Assembly: GCF_902459465.1 (NCBI RefSeq)
Contig: NC_047071.1
Location: 4,216,001-4,280,000, forward strand
Direction of reading: 5' to 3'
DNA from: Asterias rubens
Taxonomy: Eukaryota
DNA length: 64,000 nucleotides
Made by a program: the position numbers and the translations under genes. Positions 36,901 through 48,044 of the stretch are shown here, in pieces (positions within the stretch are counted from its first letter, which is position 1; every line of letters starts with the position of its first letter). A model generated the notes under the pieces. The model was not told where the DNA came from, made no database searches, and saw only the letters and a list, made by a program, of their open reading frames with translations.

Positions 36901-39900
36901 GCCACCTTTACCATACCCCTGGCAATACCAAACACGCAAACAAAAGATTGGTATGATGGAAAACTGATGTTATTTGTCTTTGTTCAAACCCAAATAGTTT
37001 AAACTAACTTACAAGAACTTAACAATAGTGGGTTGTAGGGTTCATCAACATTCAGGGCTAGAGCTTCTCCTTTCTCCTAGAGCGAATCCCTTCTCTTTTG
37101 GATAATTGCACAGGGTTCTTTTATTCGAATAACACAACACACAAGACCAATGGCTTAATGTCCCATCCGAAGGATGCAGCAAATGGTTAAAATAGTGGTA
37201 ACTTAAATAGTGGTTCAAGTATCTTGCCTAAAGTGTCCGGTGTTCTCATCCGCTCAGCCACGACATGCCAACTTCAATGACCAAGTACACTTTTGTTTTA
37301 CCTTGACTAAGTTTGCATTAAGGAATCCATTCTGGTTGCTAGGGGAGACTTTCTCCAGAGTGATTCTCGTCTTGGGTGGAGGGTGAAACAGACTGCCTGA
37401 GTTGCCGCCATGACCATGGGCCTGGCTGTGTCCATGACCAGGAAGGCTCAAGAAATGCTTGGGAGAACTTTGAGATTTGTTCAAGGCACTGTTCTGAAAG
37501 TCGACTAGTGTCTGATGGAAAAATAGAAAGATAAGAGGTATAAATCAAAACAGATTTGAGAATATATCTATATACCGGTATACATCATAGGCCTGTTACC
37601 CAAGGAGCTGCAGAGGTTATATTGTTACAGCCGCCTTTACCGATTCCCGGAGAGAAATCGTCATAATATCAACATTAACAAAACAATTTGTGAATACAAC
37701 ATTATATATAAAAGGCCTTTTCACTGTACACATATACACAGTTAGTTCTGTACACAGTTGTGTTGCCATACACAACTCATGCTGTAGGTCAACTGGCTGA
37801 AAAATAGCACCAAGAGTAAGAGGGTTAATTAATTAAAATAGTTTATTTAGTAAGGTTTGCAGTAACACCATGTAATGATTAAACCTACATGTAGGTTGGA
37901 CAATGAGCGTACCGATCAAAACGTCAAATTGAAACCTCTGGTTCTTTTCAAAACCACTCATTTAGAGGTAACATTACATAGTGTTACCACAAACCTTACT
38001 ATATCGTATTTCCTGCATGTAAAGTTTCTAATCCTAACATAGTTAAGTCTAGTTCCTTACCTCGTATTCCTCTACAATAGCCTCAACGTAGCTATAGAAC
38101 TGAGACAAGGCGTGCATACTCAACACATGGGATGGATACATCTGAAATTTAACAAGTCAAAACATTCAGTTCAATGTTGCAAATGATGGAGCTTGTATTT
38201 TATTTGCGTTCAAAATAAATCGTAAGCAATGAATGTCTTACAATTACTCAAAATCGGGAACAGGTGGGGTCAAAATGGGTGCAACTTAAGTTAAGAGGTG
38301 ACATGTGGTGACATGGAGCGCTGAGGAGGGGAAACGGTACTGGTTGGAGTAAAGTATGAACCTGTAAGACTAAAGGGGACATATATATGGGGTAGCTAGT
38401 ATCCTAGACACATGGATGAAGGTGGGGGAACAGGAACAAGCTTAAGTTACAGCTGCAAGTGGGATACAGATGGCACAAAGGTGGCACCCAGAAGAGAACC
38501 CAGTTGGGATAACAAGCCGAGGTGCCCAGTATGTAAAGGTAAGTGGGCGTAAGAGACGAGGACAGACCCTCAAGAAGTGAGGAAACAGGGACAAGCTTAA
38601 CAGCTGCAAGTGTGATAAAGATGGCACAAAGGCGGCACCCAGAAGAGAACCCAGTTGGGATAACAAGCCGAGGTGCCCAGTATGTAAAGGTAAGTGGGCG
38701 TAAGAGACGAGGACAGACCCTCAAGAAGTGAGGAAACAGGGACAAGCTTAACAGCTGCAAGTGGGATACAGATGGTACAAAGGCGGCACCCAGAAGAGAA
38801 CCCAGTTAGGATAACAAGCCGAGGTGCCCAGTATGTAAAGGTAAGTGGGCGTAAGAGACGAGGACAGACCCTCAAGAAGTGAGGAAACAGGGACAAGCTT
38901 AGCAGCTGCAAGTGTGATAAAGATGGCACAAAGGCGGCACCCAGAAGAGAACCCAGTTGGGATAACAAGCCGAGGTGCCCAGTATGTAAAGGTAAGAGGG
39001 CGTAAGAGAAGGGGACAGACCCTTCAATCTTCAATGGTGGAATCCTTATTCAGCTATCTATAGCTAAACTAGGATGGTGCAGAAGTGACGTCACAGGCAA
39101 AGTGCATAAGAAATAAGGTGAGGTTAAGGTCTCAACAAGAAATAAAGACTGATAACAAAAGACGACAACTTAGGGTGCGTTAAAACTGACGGATGATTTA
39201 GAGGAGATGTGAGCCAAGGCTGCTATTGCAGGAGACATTACAGTGGCTGCTGGGAGCTGGTTCCATAGTCGGATAGATCGAGGGTAGAAGGAGTATTCGT
39301 ACGGATCTATGGATGTGACTGGTATGGTGAACTTTAACTGATGGAAGTGAGGAAACAGGGACAAGCTTAACAGCTGCAAGTGGGATAAATATGGCATAAA
39401 GGTAGCACCTAGAAGGAGAACCCAGTGGGTATATCCAGCTAAGGTACCATGTATGTAGAGGCAAGTGGGCGTAACAGAAAGGGAAAGGCCCTTCAGTAGT
39501 GTGGGATCAGGTACATACATGTATGCCACTCACAGAGAGAGCGCATGGGAAAAGTCAAGGTGCAAATAATCTGAAAAAGAATTGAAACGCAACTTCTTAA
39601 AATAAAAAGTATGATTCTAGACACATATAGGGCTAGATAGCTCAGTTGCTACAGCGCTGGGGTCATTGGTTCGAGTCCTACTCTGGTCAGTTTTCTTTGT
39701 TCAACCCCAAAAAATATAAAAGCCCTCACCTCAGAAGCTCCTATCTCCTCATCATCCATGACCAGGCCTTCATTAACGGCGGGCATGAGCTGATGGATAG
39801 TGGCAGGCATAATAGAGATGGTATGAAGAGGACTCAACTGATGAGACTCATTCAACGTGTCATGTAGTACTTTGCCGTCAAAGTAGTACCGGTTATGAAT

Positions 39901-42900
39901 GGCGCGTCGCTTGGCCAGACGAGATCTATAGATCTAAAACAATGAGAAATCTGGATTATAATTAGTGGAACTGTCTGACCATTCATTATCATTCACTAAC
40001 AGATAAACTATGCCAAATCATGTAGTGATATCACAACAACAGTAACCCTCCTACTGTCTGACCATTCGATATCATCCACTTTAGTTTTATGATGCAATAT
40101 GATGCAATATGATATGTGGTGAATGCATTTACTCAGAACACAGTCAACCCTCCTACTGTCTGACTGTTAAATATCATCATCCACTGTGGTCTTGAATGAT
40201 AGATAAACTATACCAGCCGGCAGTACATGTACGTTTTCATGTGGTGAATGAATCTACTCTGTGCACAGTAAGTTAGTGCACAGTCAACCCTCTTACTATC
40301 TGACCATTCAATATCATCCACCTTGGTTTTGAATGACAGAACTATAAACTATACCATTATGCGATACGATATCATGTGGTCAATTAATCTTCACAGTACA
40401 CAGTCAACTTTCTTACCGTTCGACCATTAAGTACCATCCACTGTGGGTTTTAAACAAAGAGTGAATGATTTTTCACGGTACATACACAGTCAACCCTCCT
40501 ACCTATCTTGCCATTATCATCCACTCTGGTTTTGAATGATAGATAAACTATAGCTTCACAGTACACTGACCGTCAGCCCTCCTACTGTCCGACCAATCAG
40601 CATCATCCACATTGGTTTTGATCACATTCTTATTGAATTACTATATAATTAAGATCATGACAATATGTACTTACCCTGTAAGCAAGAACTGTACCAATCA
40701 CGACAGCAAGTAGTGTTGTTATACTCAAACCTGTTGCTACGCCAACTTGTGGTTTGTCGTTTTTATTGGGGTGGGCAGTTGTTTGGGTCGATTTGTAAAC
40801 ATGTACTGATAACACCTAGAGGAAACATTATACACTCAATTTGAATTCTAAAAAAACGGACAGCCGACATTAGGGCTTGATGGCTCAGTGGGTAGAGCGC
40901 CATCATGTTAAAGGGAAGGTACACGATTGGTAATTGTCACAGACCAGTCTTCTCACTTGGTGTATCCCATCATATGCATAAAATAATAAGCCTGTGAAAA
41001 TTTGGGCTCAATCGGTCATCAAAGTTGCGAGAAAATTATGAAAGAAAAAACACCCTTGTGGGACGAATGTGTGTGCTTTCAGATAGGAATAAAAGACTTT
41101 TATAATTTTAGTGAGAAATTACCTCTTTCTCAAAAACTACATTACTTCAGAGGCAGTCGTTTCCCACAATGTTTTATACTATCAACAGCTCTCCAATGCT
41201 CGTTACCAAGTCAGTTTTTAAGTCATTGCCAAACATGTACCTTCCCTTTAAATTAGAGGGCATTGGTTCAAATATTGCTCTAGTCACTTTTCGTTGTTCA
41301 ACCACAAAACATAATAATATAATAATAATTGGGAAGGCTAACCAATCTTAACCTGAATTGCAAAGGACGGGGCTACGTGTTTGAGCTGCAAGGATGCAAA
41401 GCCATTTTAGGCAGCCAGCCACCTCAACTCATAAACACAAAGCACAGACAAAGATTGAAAGAGTTTGGTTTTCAGGAAAAACTTGAGGGCTCAGACGAAA
41501 ATACACCTGTGGAATTCAAGAGAGCCAGTGCACAACTCTACTCAAACATGCCCTTAGCAAGCAATGGAACCAGGGTCACATTGGTGAGAGAGGAGCGCTT
41601 TGCACACTAAGCCACCCATGCCAGCAGAATAATGATCAAACAAGTGATTTTCTAAGAGAGGTTTGCAGCACCCTATGTAGATCTCTTTTGAGTATTGCCT
41701 CCTGAAAACGATCATGGGCATACTGGTCGAAACCTCGAGTCTTTAACCAACAGTTCTTTTCTGAAACAACACTACACAAAAGAGATGTTCACATGGTGTT
41801 ACCAAAAACCTCTCTTAGTTATTTCAAATCCGACTTGTGTCTACGTGACTTTCTATATTGTGTGATATTGATGAAACAACATACCTTTGGTTCTAGATAG
41901 GTCTGTAGTTGAGTAATGTCTCCCTGCATGCTAAGACCCACACTCTCAGTAAGTGGAGAATCACATCTTCCTTTAGACACGATACAAAAATCCACCTGTA
42001 CCACTGTCAAAGGGTTTCCTTTAATTTTAAGACGTTTCTTTAACGGACAATGAAGAGTGTCATTCAGGAGCTCCACATCGGGCGGGCTGGAACGATTTAA
42101 AACCACACCGGCAAACTTTGAGATGGAGGAGCGAAGCTTGGCCACGTCGGGACAAAGTTCAGTCCAGGATATTTGAAGAATTAGTTGAACAGCTGTGTCC
42201 TGTTGAGGACTATGGGTGTTGGGTACCTGTGTGGCTGGAACTGCTGTCAATCTTGGAGTCTTTGGATTTTCAGACGGTACAGGAATTAATTTGGTTGCTG
42301 GATGAGATGACGCTGGGGGGTTTCCAGTTGTGATGGGCTTAGCTTGGGTTGTGATGGGTTGGGATTGGGTTGTGACGGGTTGGGATTGGGTTGTGATGGC
42401 TTGGGATTGGGTTGTAATGGGTTGGGATTGGGTTGTGATGGGTTGGGATTGGGTTGCGATGGGTTGGGATTGGGTTGGGATGGGTTGGGATTGGGTTGTG
42501 ATGGGTTGGGATTGGGTTGTGATGGGTTGGGATTGGGTTGTGATGGGTTGGGATTGGGTTGCGATGGGTTGGGATTGGGTTGTCATGGGTTGGGATTGGG
42601 TTGTCATGGGTTGGGATTGGGTTGTTATGGGTAGGGCTTGGGTTATGGTGGGTTGGGATTGGGTTGTGGTGGGAGGGTGTGGTGTTGGTTTTTGCGATTT
42701 TACTGGTTCTTCAGTGGGAGAGGGTTTCCCAGTGTGATGAGGGTGCTCATCAGTGGGTCTAACCTCAGTAGGGTTAGGGCGAATGTGTCGGGTAGTAGGG
42801 TGACGAATGTGTCGGGTAGTAGGGTGATGCTCCTCTGTAAAATGAGGCAGGGTATCTGATTGGGCAGTCTGTGCCCTGGTCGATCGTCTTTGAGTTTGAG

Positions 42901-43281
42901 GAGCTGGTGTCGACTGCTCTGGGTGAGGAGAGGTAGTGGTTAACTGAGGTAGGCTGCTGGTGGCGTGGACTACTGGTGGTATCGCAGTTACCAGACTAGG
43001 TGTGGTTGGATGGATAGGTTCAGCGGTTAACGAAGACCCAGTGTGTAAATGACTCGTGGTGTGTCGCAGCAGTGTGGTGGTGTCGCCAGTTGTGATATCT
43101 ATTGAGGATGTGGTCTCCGGATAGAAAGGCTTCAAGGTGGATCTTCCTCCCATAACTGGGGTTGTTTGCTTGGGTAAATACCCATGAGGTCGGGTCATAT
43201 GTCGTATCCATGGTGTTGTGAGCCGATATTTGATGGGAGTTGTCGAATAATCATCGTCCATATCTTTACTGGCAGCTAATC
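33903..43281 (-). CDS. Single-pass receptor with mucin stalk and degenerate tyrosine-phosphatase domain (probable pseudophosphatase); 5' end not resolved
   Basis: Exons 43281-41885 (T/S/P-rich mucin plus Cys-containing globular region), 40815-40675 (TM: VGVATGLSITTLLAVVIGTVLAY), 39933-39730, 37511-37302 (..KTRITLE...GFLNANLVK), 36918-36781 (YIATAAP...DFWEMVWEQ), 36331-36197 (CPWYWP), 35743-35595 (ITHFWFTQWPT...GPIVAHC), 34514-34355 (SDGCGRTG...HDRGAAVLLREHYAFIYK), 33977-33903 (VLYEY...*). All GT-AG with matching phases; ~869 aa from the mucin exon on. Confidence 0.9.
34188..34330. mobile_element. Short hairpin MITE (GCTACAGCTA/TAGCTGTAGC family, TAA/TTA flanks); relatives 36488-36630, 36625-36752, 56985-57123, 60025-60152, 62170-62283
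   Basis: Imperfect palindromes with ggcc(g/a)tntccgaa termini; probably Harbinger-like. Confidence 0.7.
34695..35470 (-). pseudogene. Decayed Merlin/ISXO2 (IS1595-like DDE) transposase in an intron of the PTP-like gene
   Basis: Manual translation: ...KWECRR...SNLSIEEVLKFTYWW...GEGKRVQIDESKIGKRKYYQGHYVEGQ*VFGGIEEESRKCFIVTVETRT*DSLLPIIRDWIALGTTIISDCWKAY...HETVNHSKEFV...HTNKIEENWQQMK. Several in-frame stops and at least one frameshift; DDE residues recognisable. Confidence 0.85.
38405..39030. repeat. 151-bp tandem repeat (~4 copies) with a diverged copy at ~39345-39500
   Basis: Matching positions at 38543, 38694 and 38845 (period 151). Confidence 0.95.
39170..39345 (-). mobile_element. LINE ORF2 3' fragment
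   Basis: Translates HQLKFTIPVTSIDPYEYSFYPRSIRLWNQLP, resembling the YxxSFFPRxIRxWNxLP motif. Confidence 0.65.
40020..40625. repeat. Diverged tandem array of ~90-110-bp units
   Basis: Recurrent cagtcaaccctcctactgtctgaccatt...atatcatccac...tgaatgatagataaacta, about 6 times. Confidence 0.85.
40908..41251. mobile_element. Kolobok-like MITE (subfamily with AGGGAAGGTAC termini) splitting a tRNA-like module at a TTAA
   Basis: ttaaAGGGAAGGTAC...GTACCTTCCCTttaa; flanks rejoin to ggctcagtgggtagagcgccatcatgTTAAattagagggcattggttcaaat. Confidence 0.85.
42330..42670 (-). repeat. Coding 21-bp minisatellite, ~17 x (T/A/P)TQSQP(I/M/V), in the mucin exon
   Basis: + strand unit gggttgggattgggttgtgat; open in the frame of the PTP-like gene. 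Confidence 0.95.
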
Positions 43282-43342
43282 CTATAAAGAAAGTTAAAAT
43301 AGTTAGATAGTCATTTGGAAAACAACTACACATGTAGATAGC

Positions 43343-44071
43343 TTAAGATGAAAGTCACACTGTCAGCAAAACAAATGTACTCGATAACGATCAATGGAGA
43401 GCTGTTGATAGTATTAAACATTGTGAGGAACAACTGCCTCTGAAGTATCGTTGTTTTGAAAAAGAGGTAATTTTACACCCAAATTTTAAAAGACTTCAGA
43501 CCTAAAGCCTTTTAATACGATCTGAAAGCACACAAATTTGTGCAAAAAGGGTGGGGTTTTTCTTCATTATTCTCTTGTTACTTCAATAGATCCCATTGAA
43601 CTCAAAATTTTGAGGATTTGTTATTTTAAAACACAAAGTGAGAATACTGGTCTCTTTCACAGTTACAAAAGGTGTCCAGTGCCTTTAAAGCCAGTGGACA
43701 CTATTGGTAATTGTCAAAGACTAGCCTTCACAGTTGGTTTATCTCAACATATGCATAAAATAACAAACCTTTGAAAATTTGAGCTCAATCGGTCATCAAA
43801 CTTGCGAGATAATAATGAAAGAAAGAAACACCCTTGTCACACAAAGTTCTGTGCGTTTAAATGGTTGATTTTGAGACCTCAAGTTCTAAACTTGAGGTCT
43901 CGAAATCAAATTCGTGGAAAATTACTTCTTTCTCGAAAACTATGGCACTTCAGAGGGAGCCGTTTCTCACAATGTTTTGTACCATCAATCTCTCCCCATT
44001 ACTCGTCACCAAGAAAGGTTTTATGCTAATAATTATTTTGAGTAATTACCAATAGTGTCCACTGCCTTTAA
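43343..44071. mobile_element. Two adjacent Kolobok-like MITEs (~43343-43688 degraded; 43685-44071 well preserved) sharing TTAA
   Basis: Junction ggtgtccagtgcctTTAAagccagtggacac. Confidence 0.8.
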
Positions 44072-44524
44072 AGTAAATAATAACTTATACTATCACACAA
44101 CCACACCTTTAATTATCAACGGTTTATTCACTCCAGCAGTTACCTGAGAAGGCACTTAACAAGCAATAATTACATATCCTGCTTCCATGCAAGGCCAACA
44201 GTCAAGTGTGCACAACGTAAACACTGACAACTACCTGTACAATTATGGGGATTTCAGAGATAGCTCCCACCCAGAAATCAACCAGTGTAAACATACTTCA
44301 CAAGCACTTCAAAATATGGAGAGTTTCGGAGGCTGTTGGGTTTGTGAATCATACAAGAACTAAACATGTCATTCTAAAATTACATACATACATGTAGCAA
44401 GATAAAGTAGTGTAGTTGTTGCTACAAGCTCGTTTTTAATGTAAATATAGTTAGTCTTGAAGTGCTAGCACTACCTTCCTTTATATGCCCCCTCTTGCCT
44501 TAATGTATTTTGGGGGGATTTAGG

Positions 44525-44630
44525 AGAAATACGCCTTTTGGCGACAGTTAATTTGTTAACTTTTATGCTCTCCTGGGCACCCCACTGTTGTTCTACATGT
44601 GCTTGTAAATGTGATTGCACGAATAAATAT
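44525..44630. repeat. Dispersed duplicate shared with ~49612-49750
   Basis: gaaatacgccttttggcgacagtt...aacttttatgctctcctgggcaccccactgttg...tacatgtgcttgtaaatgtgattgc. Confidence 0.85.
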
Positions 44631-47600
44631 TATTATTATTATTATTATTATTCCTTGTCTTTCCTCAAAAGACCCCACAGCACCCACAACGATTGCCGTG
44701 GTGCCCTGTGCTTTTGCTGTGTTGCCCTTTGCAAAGTTGCACTACACAAATTAACATTTTCCCCATTAGCCTATAGGAGTGCCTCTTACACCATAGAGGA
44801 AAATTCAGGACGGTATAAATGTATGAAGCTCATGTCATTTGTGCATTGTGTGGTATGTCAATGTACCCATGTGCAACTCAGCAGGGTCTTATCAAATTAG
44901 CATCGGCCAATGACCCCAAAATGAAACAAGTCTGAACCCCTAGCATTTTCCCCAACCATTCCTTTTTATTACTCTTAACTTAAACTTTAAAAAACCAAAC
45001 CTCCCCCAAAAACATTCTGCAAATATAATAAATATTTAATTGCAGGTCATCGTGCGTGTTACAGGTGTGCGTATCTGATGCATTTCCCAAAGTTGTCGCT
45101 ACCTTGTTCCCAGTGTAAAAAAACTGGAATTAGTTTGTGTGTGTACTTTGTACCACCATTCATTATGAAATTGACACGGTGTTACTGCAAACTGAAATAA
45201 ACCTTTCTCGCAAAAAAAACATGGAAGAAATAAAGTACAATTGGTAACAAACAAATACATTATTGTATTATCCTTTTCACTTCAGATTCTAGATTGAACA
45301 TTAAGAGAACCCCAAGTTGATAAACCTGGGTTTAGTGAAAGTTTAATTTTAGTGTGTGTGTGTGTGTGTGTGTTTTTTATTGTCCTCCAGAATGACTGAA
45401 TGTCGCTGTGCAAATTTCAAACATTTACAATTGTACAATTTGAGTTTTCATAAGCCTATTTGGGGACTTTGGATGGACCACAGCCGAGGCCATTCAATCA
45501 ACAAGAACAATTAGTTTGTGAATCTCTATCTTTGTACAAATGTTTTAAAATAAATGTTTTAAAATAAATTATTTCAAAATAAATGTTTTAAAATAATAAA
45601 GTAAAGGGAGGAGAAACACAGCTGTTGCACAATTTGTCATCTCATTTGTGATCTGACATGTGGAAGCAATAATAACAAGATAATATCATTCTCCGGGAAG
45701 TGGATGAACAGTTATATTGTTTTGGGTACAGGAACAAAGCAAATTGTGGGGTGGGGGAAACTTCACGAAGATAATAATTCACTTCCAGGATACACTGCAG
45801 GATTTCTAGACCCAAACACCCAAGTTTGGAGGTTTGAATTGAAATAGAGTCATCGGAATGTTTTTTACTAAAAAAAACATCTTTGCAATCTGGAGTTTCC
45901 TTTCCATTTCTAAAAGGTTAAATTATCTTTATTGATTTTTGTAAACTTAATCTGAAGAGTGAAAATTTAACCATTTGAGCCGGACAACTAATGCATGGTC
46001 TTCTTAAAGTTGTATTTCACTTTGTAGTAAAACAAAAATAGCAGAGTCTTTCTACTTTAGCCGCTATTCGAGCACACATATGTCTGAAAAGCTAGCTAAT
46101 AGTATACTATAGTATTATTAGCACTAGTACATAGTGCATGTTAAGAACCGTTTCTGTTATATGTAAGTTAAAAGACAAGTTCATTAAGTATATTATATTA
46201 TATTTATTGACCAAACCAACAGCGGACGAGCCGCCAATTACAGGAAAGGATACAAAAAAAACAATAAGAAATATTCATATAGCCTATATAAAAACAATCT
46301 GATATGTACAAAGTTAACAATTAAAATAGAATCATCTTAGGAAAGAAAATTAAAGCATACATTGAAGATCAAGTAAAACAAAATAGGGAACAGAAACAGA
46401 CCACCATGAACGACTGTGAAAATATATTTAAAATAAATTTTAAAAGCAAAAGCCTACATTAAATTATAAACAGAATAAACGATAAAAAGACAAGGGAAAA
46501 AAAAAACAAAAAAACAAGTACATTCCTCTTGTAGTAGAGTATAGTCGTACCGTGAAAGGTGCAAAATGCGCGACCAGGAACACGGCATCCTCTACTTACA
46601 AGTGGGAAAAAGTGCAACTCGAGATAAAAACGCCACCCATCTGTGGCGTATCTTTTTTTTTTTAAGTAGACTGGCCCTACTAGTACTATTAAATAGGGCT
46701 ACCTGTCAGATCACAAACACAGCATGTTTCCTTTTAAATGTTTTCTCAGTCAAACTCTTTGGTCTACTCAACCTCAATGACACAACTTACCTTACTCACC
46801 TTACTCATGGTGGAAATGAAGATGTACAGTAGATTGTGTAGAGTACTCGACTCCCACTACCACTACTCACTTGACTAATTATTTATGTTAAAAAGTTTGC
46901 TTTTTTATCACATTCACAACAAAACAAATTCATTGAAATTAAACCAACAAGAGTTTCAATAAATGTTTTAATAATAGAGGCTAAGAAACTTACCAATCAA
47001 GTGGCAAACCGATAAGCTCATCAGAAGGAGTTGAACTGCAGCTTTCGATGACACTGATGGCAGCCTACTGTTGGACCACATCACAGCCACCATTATTGGC
47101 GGTTTAAAGCACAATGCAGACCCCACCAAGCACAACGACCGAACACCTCTTTTTACACAACACACTGAACCCCCAAAAAACTTCAGCAGACAACTGTTTA
47201 CCAAATACACATCTTCCTGTCAGACATTGTTAGTGAGCATGCATGTTCATGTTCCACTAGTAGCTCAAGATGAAGTTCACATTCTCACTGTTTCGTAGAG
47301 GACTTAAATTTGTAGTTCAGTGACGATCTAATAGAAATCGAGGCCAAATGGGTCGTGACCAAGTTTTTATTTACTTTAGAGTGTAGTCTGGTAACATTAT
47401 TCTCCGTATGTAAATGGTGTTCACTTAACAAGGTACCAGACACCAAACTTTGCTTCAATTACACAAGTTGGTGCCGTGTGCATTTTTCGGGGTTAAAATA
47501 ATGAGTTTGGGTTTTGTATTGGGCCATACATGTATTTCAATATGAAACCAAAACAAATGCGTTCAAGTGGAAGTGGAAATAAATACGTAGTCTGACAAAA

Positions 47601-48011
47601 GAAAACAACTTGAATCAGTTGTGTCAGTCACTTTTTTTATAAATTTATTTTATTTAGTTATTTAATAATCAGTGAACCGTACACTGACAATATAAATTTT
47701 CTACGAGAACTTTCAAAATACCTGGGGAAAATTTATGATTTGTGCGTAATTGTAAAGAAATTTAAACAATAAAGCTATAACGATTTCAACATATTCTACA
47801 AACTATTTACATTTTGTCCTTAACAATTAAGCAATCCCTGTAAACTCTGTGTAATTCTGAATTCAAATGTTGAATTTGAGTCTGATAGAATACCTTTCAT
47901 TTCTATTTATTAATGAAGTATTTTAATGAAATCTAACTGTTCTTTACATGTCTAAGAACTTGATCCAATACAAATGCGCGTTAAAATATAGGTTATTCTG
48001 TGTCAGGACTT

Positions 48012-48044
<33 letters not shown>

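Noticed and set aside
38404-39063. Overlapping ORFs of 62-145 aa on both strands
   Set aside because: Products of the 151-bp tandem repeat (not a multiple of 3) inside an intron.
41329-41610. 93-aa plus-strand ORF inside the receptor gene intron
   Set aside because: No recognisable domain or splice context; begins next to a repeat boundary.
42330-42859. Plus-strand ORFs rich in Trp/Gly/Cys (MGWDWVV..., GLGLGCD...)
   Set aside because: Antisense frames of the 21-bp coding repeat; the minus frame joins the receptor gene with proper splice phases.
44202-44204. Selenocysteine reading of the in-frame TGA
   Set aside because: It falls in a signal-peptide-like segment and no SECIS element was identified.
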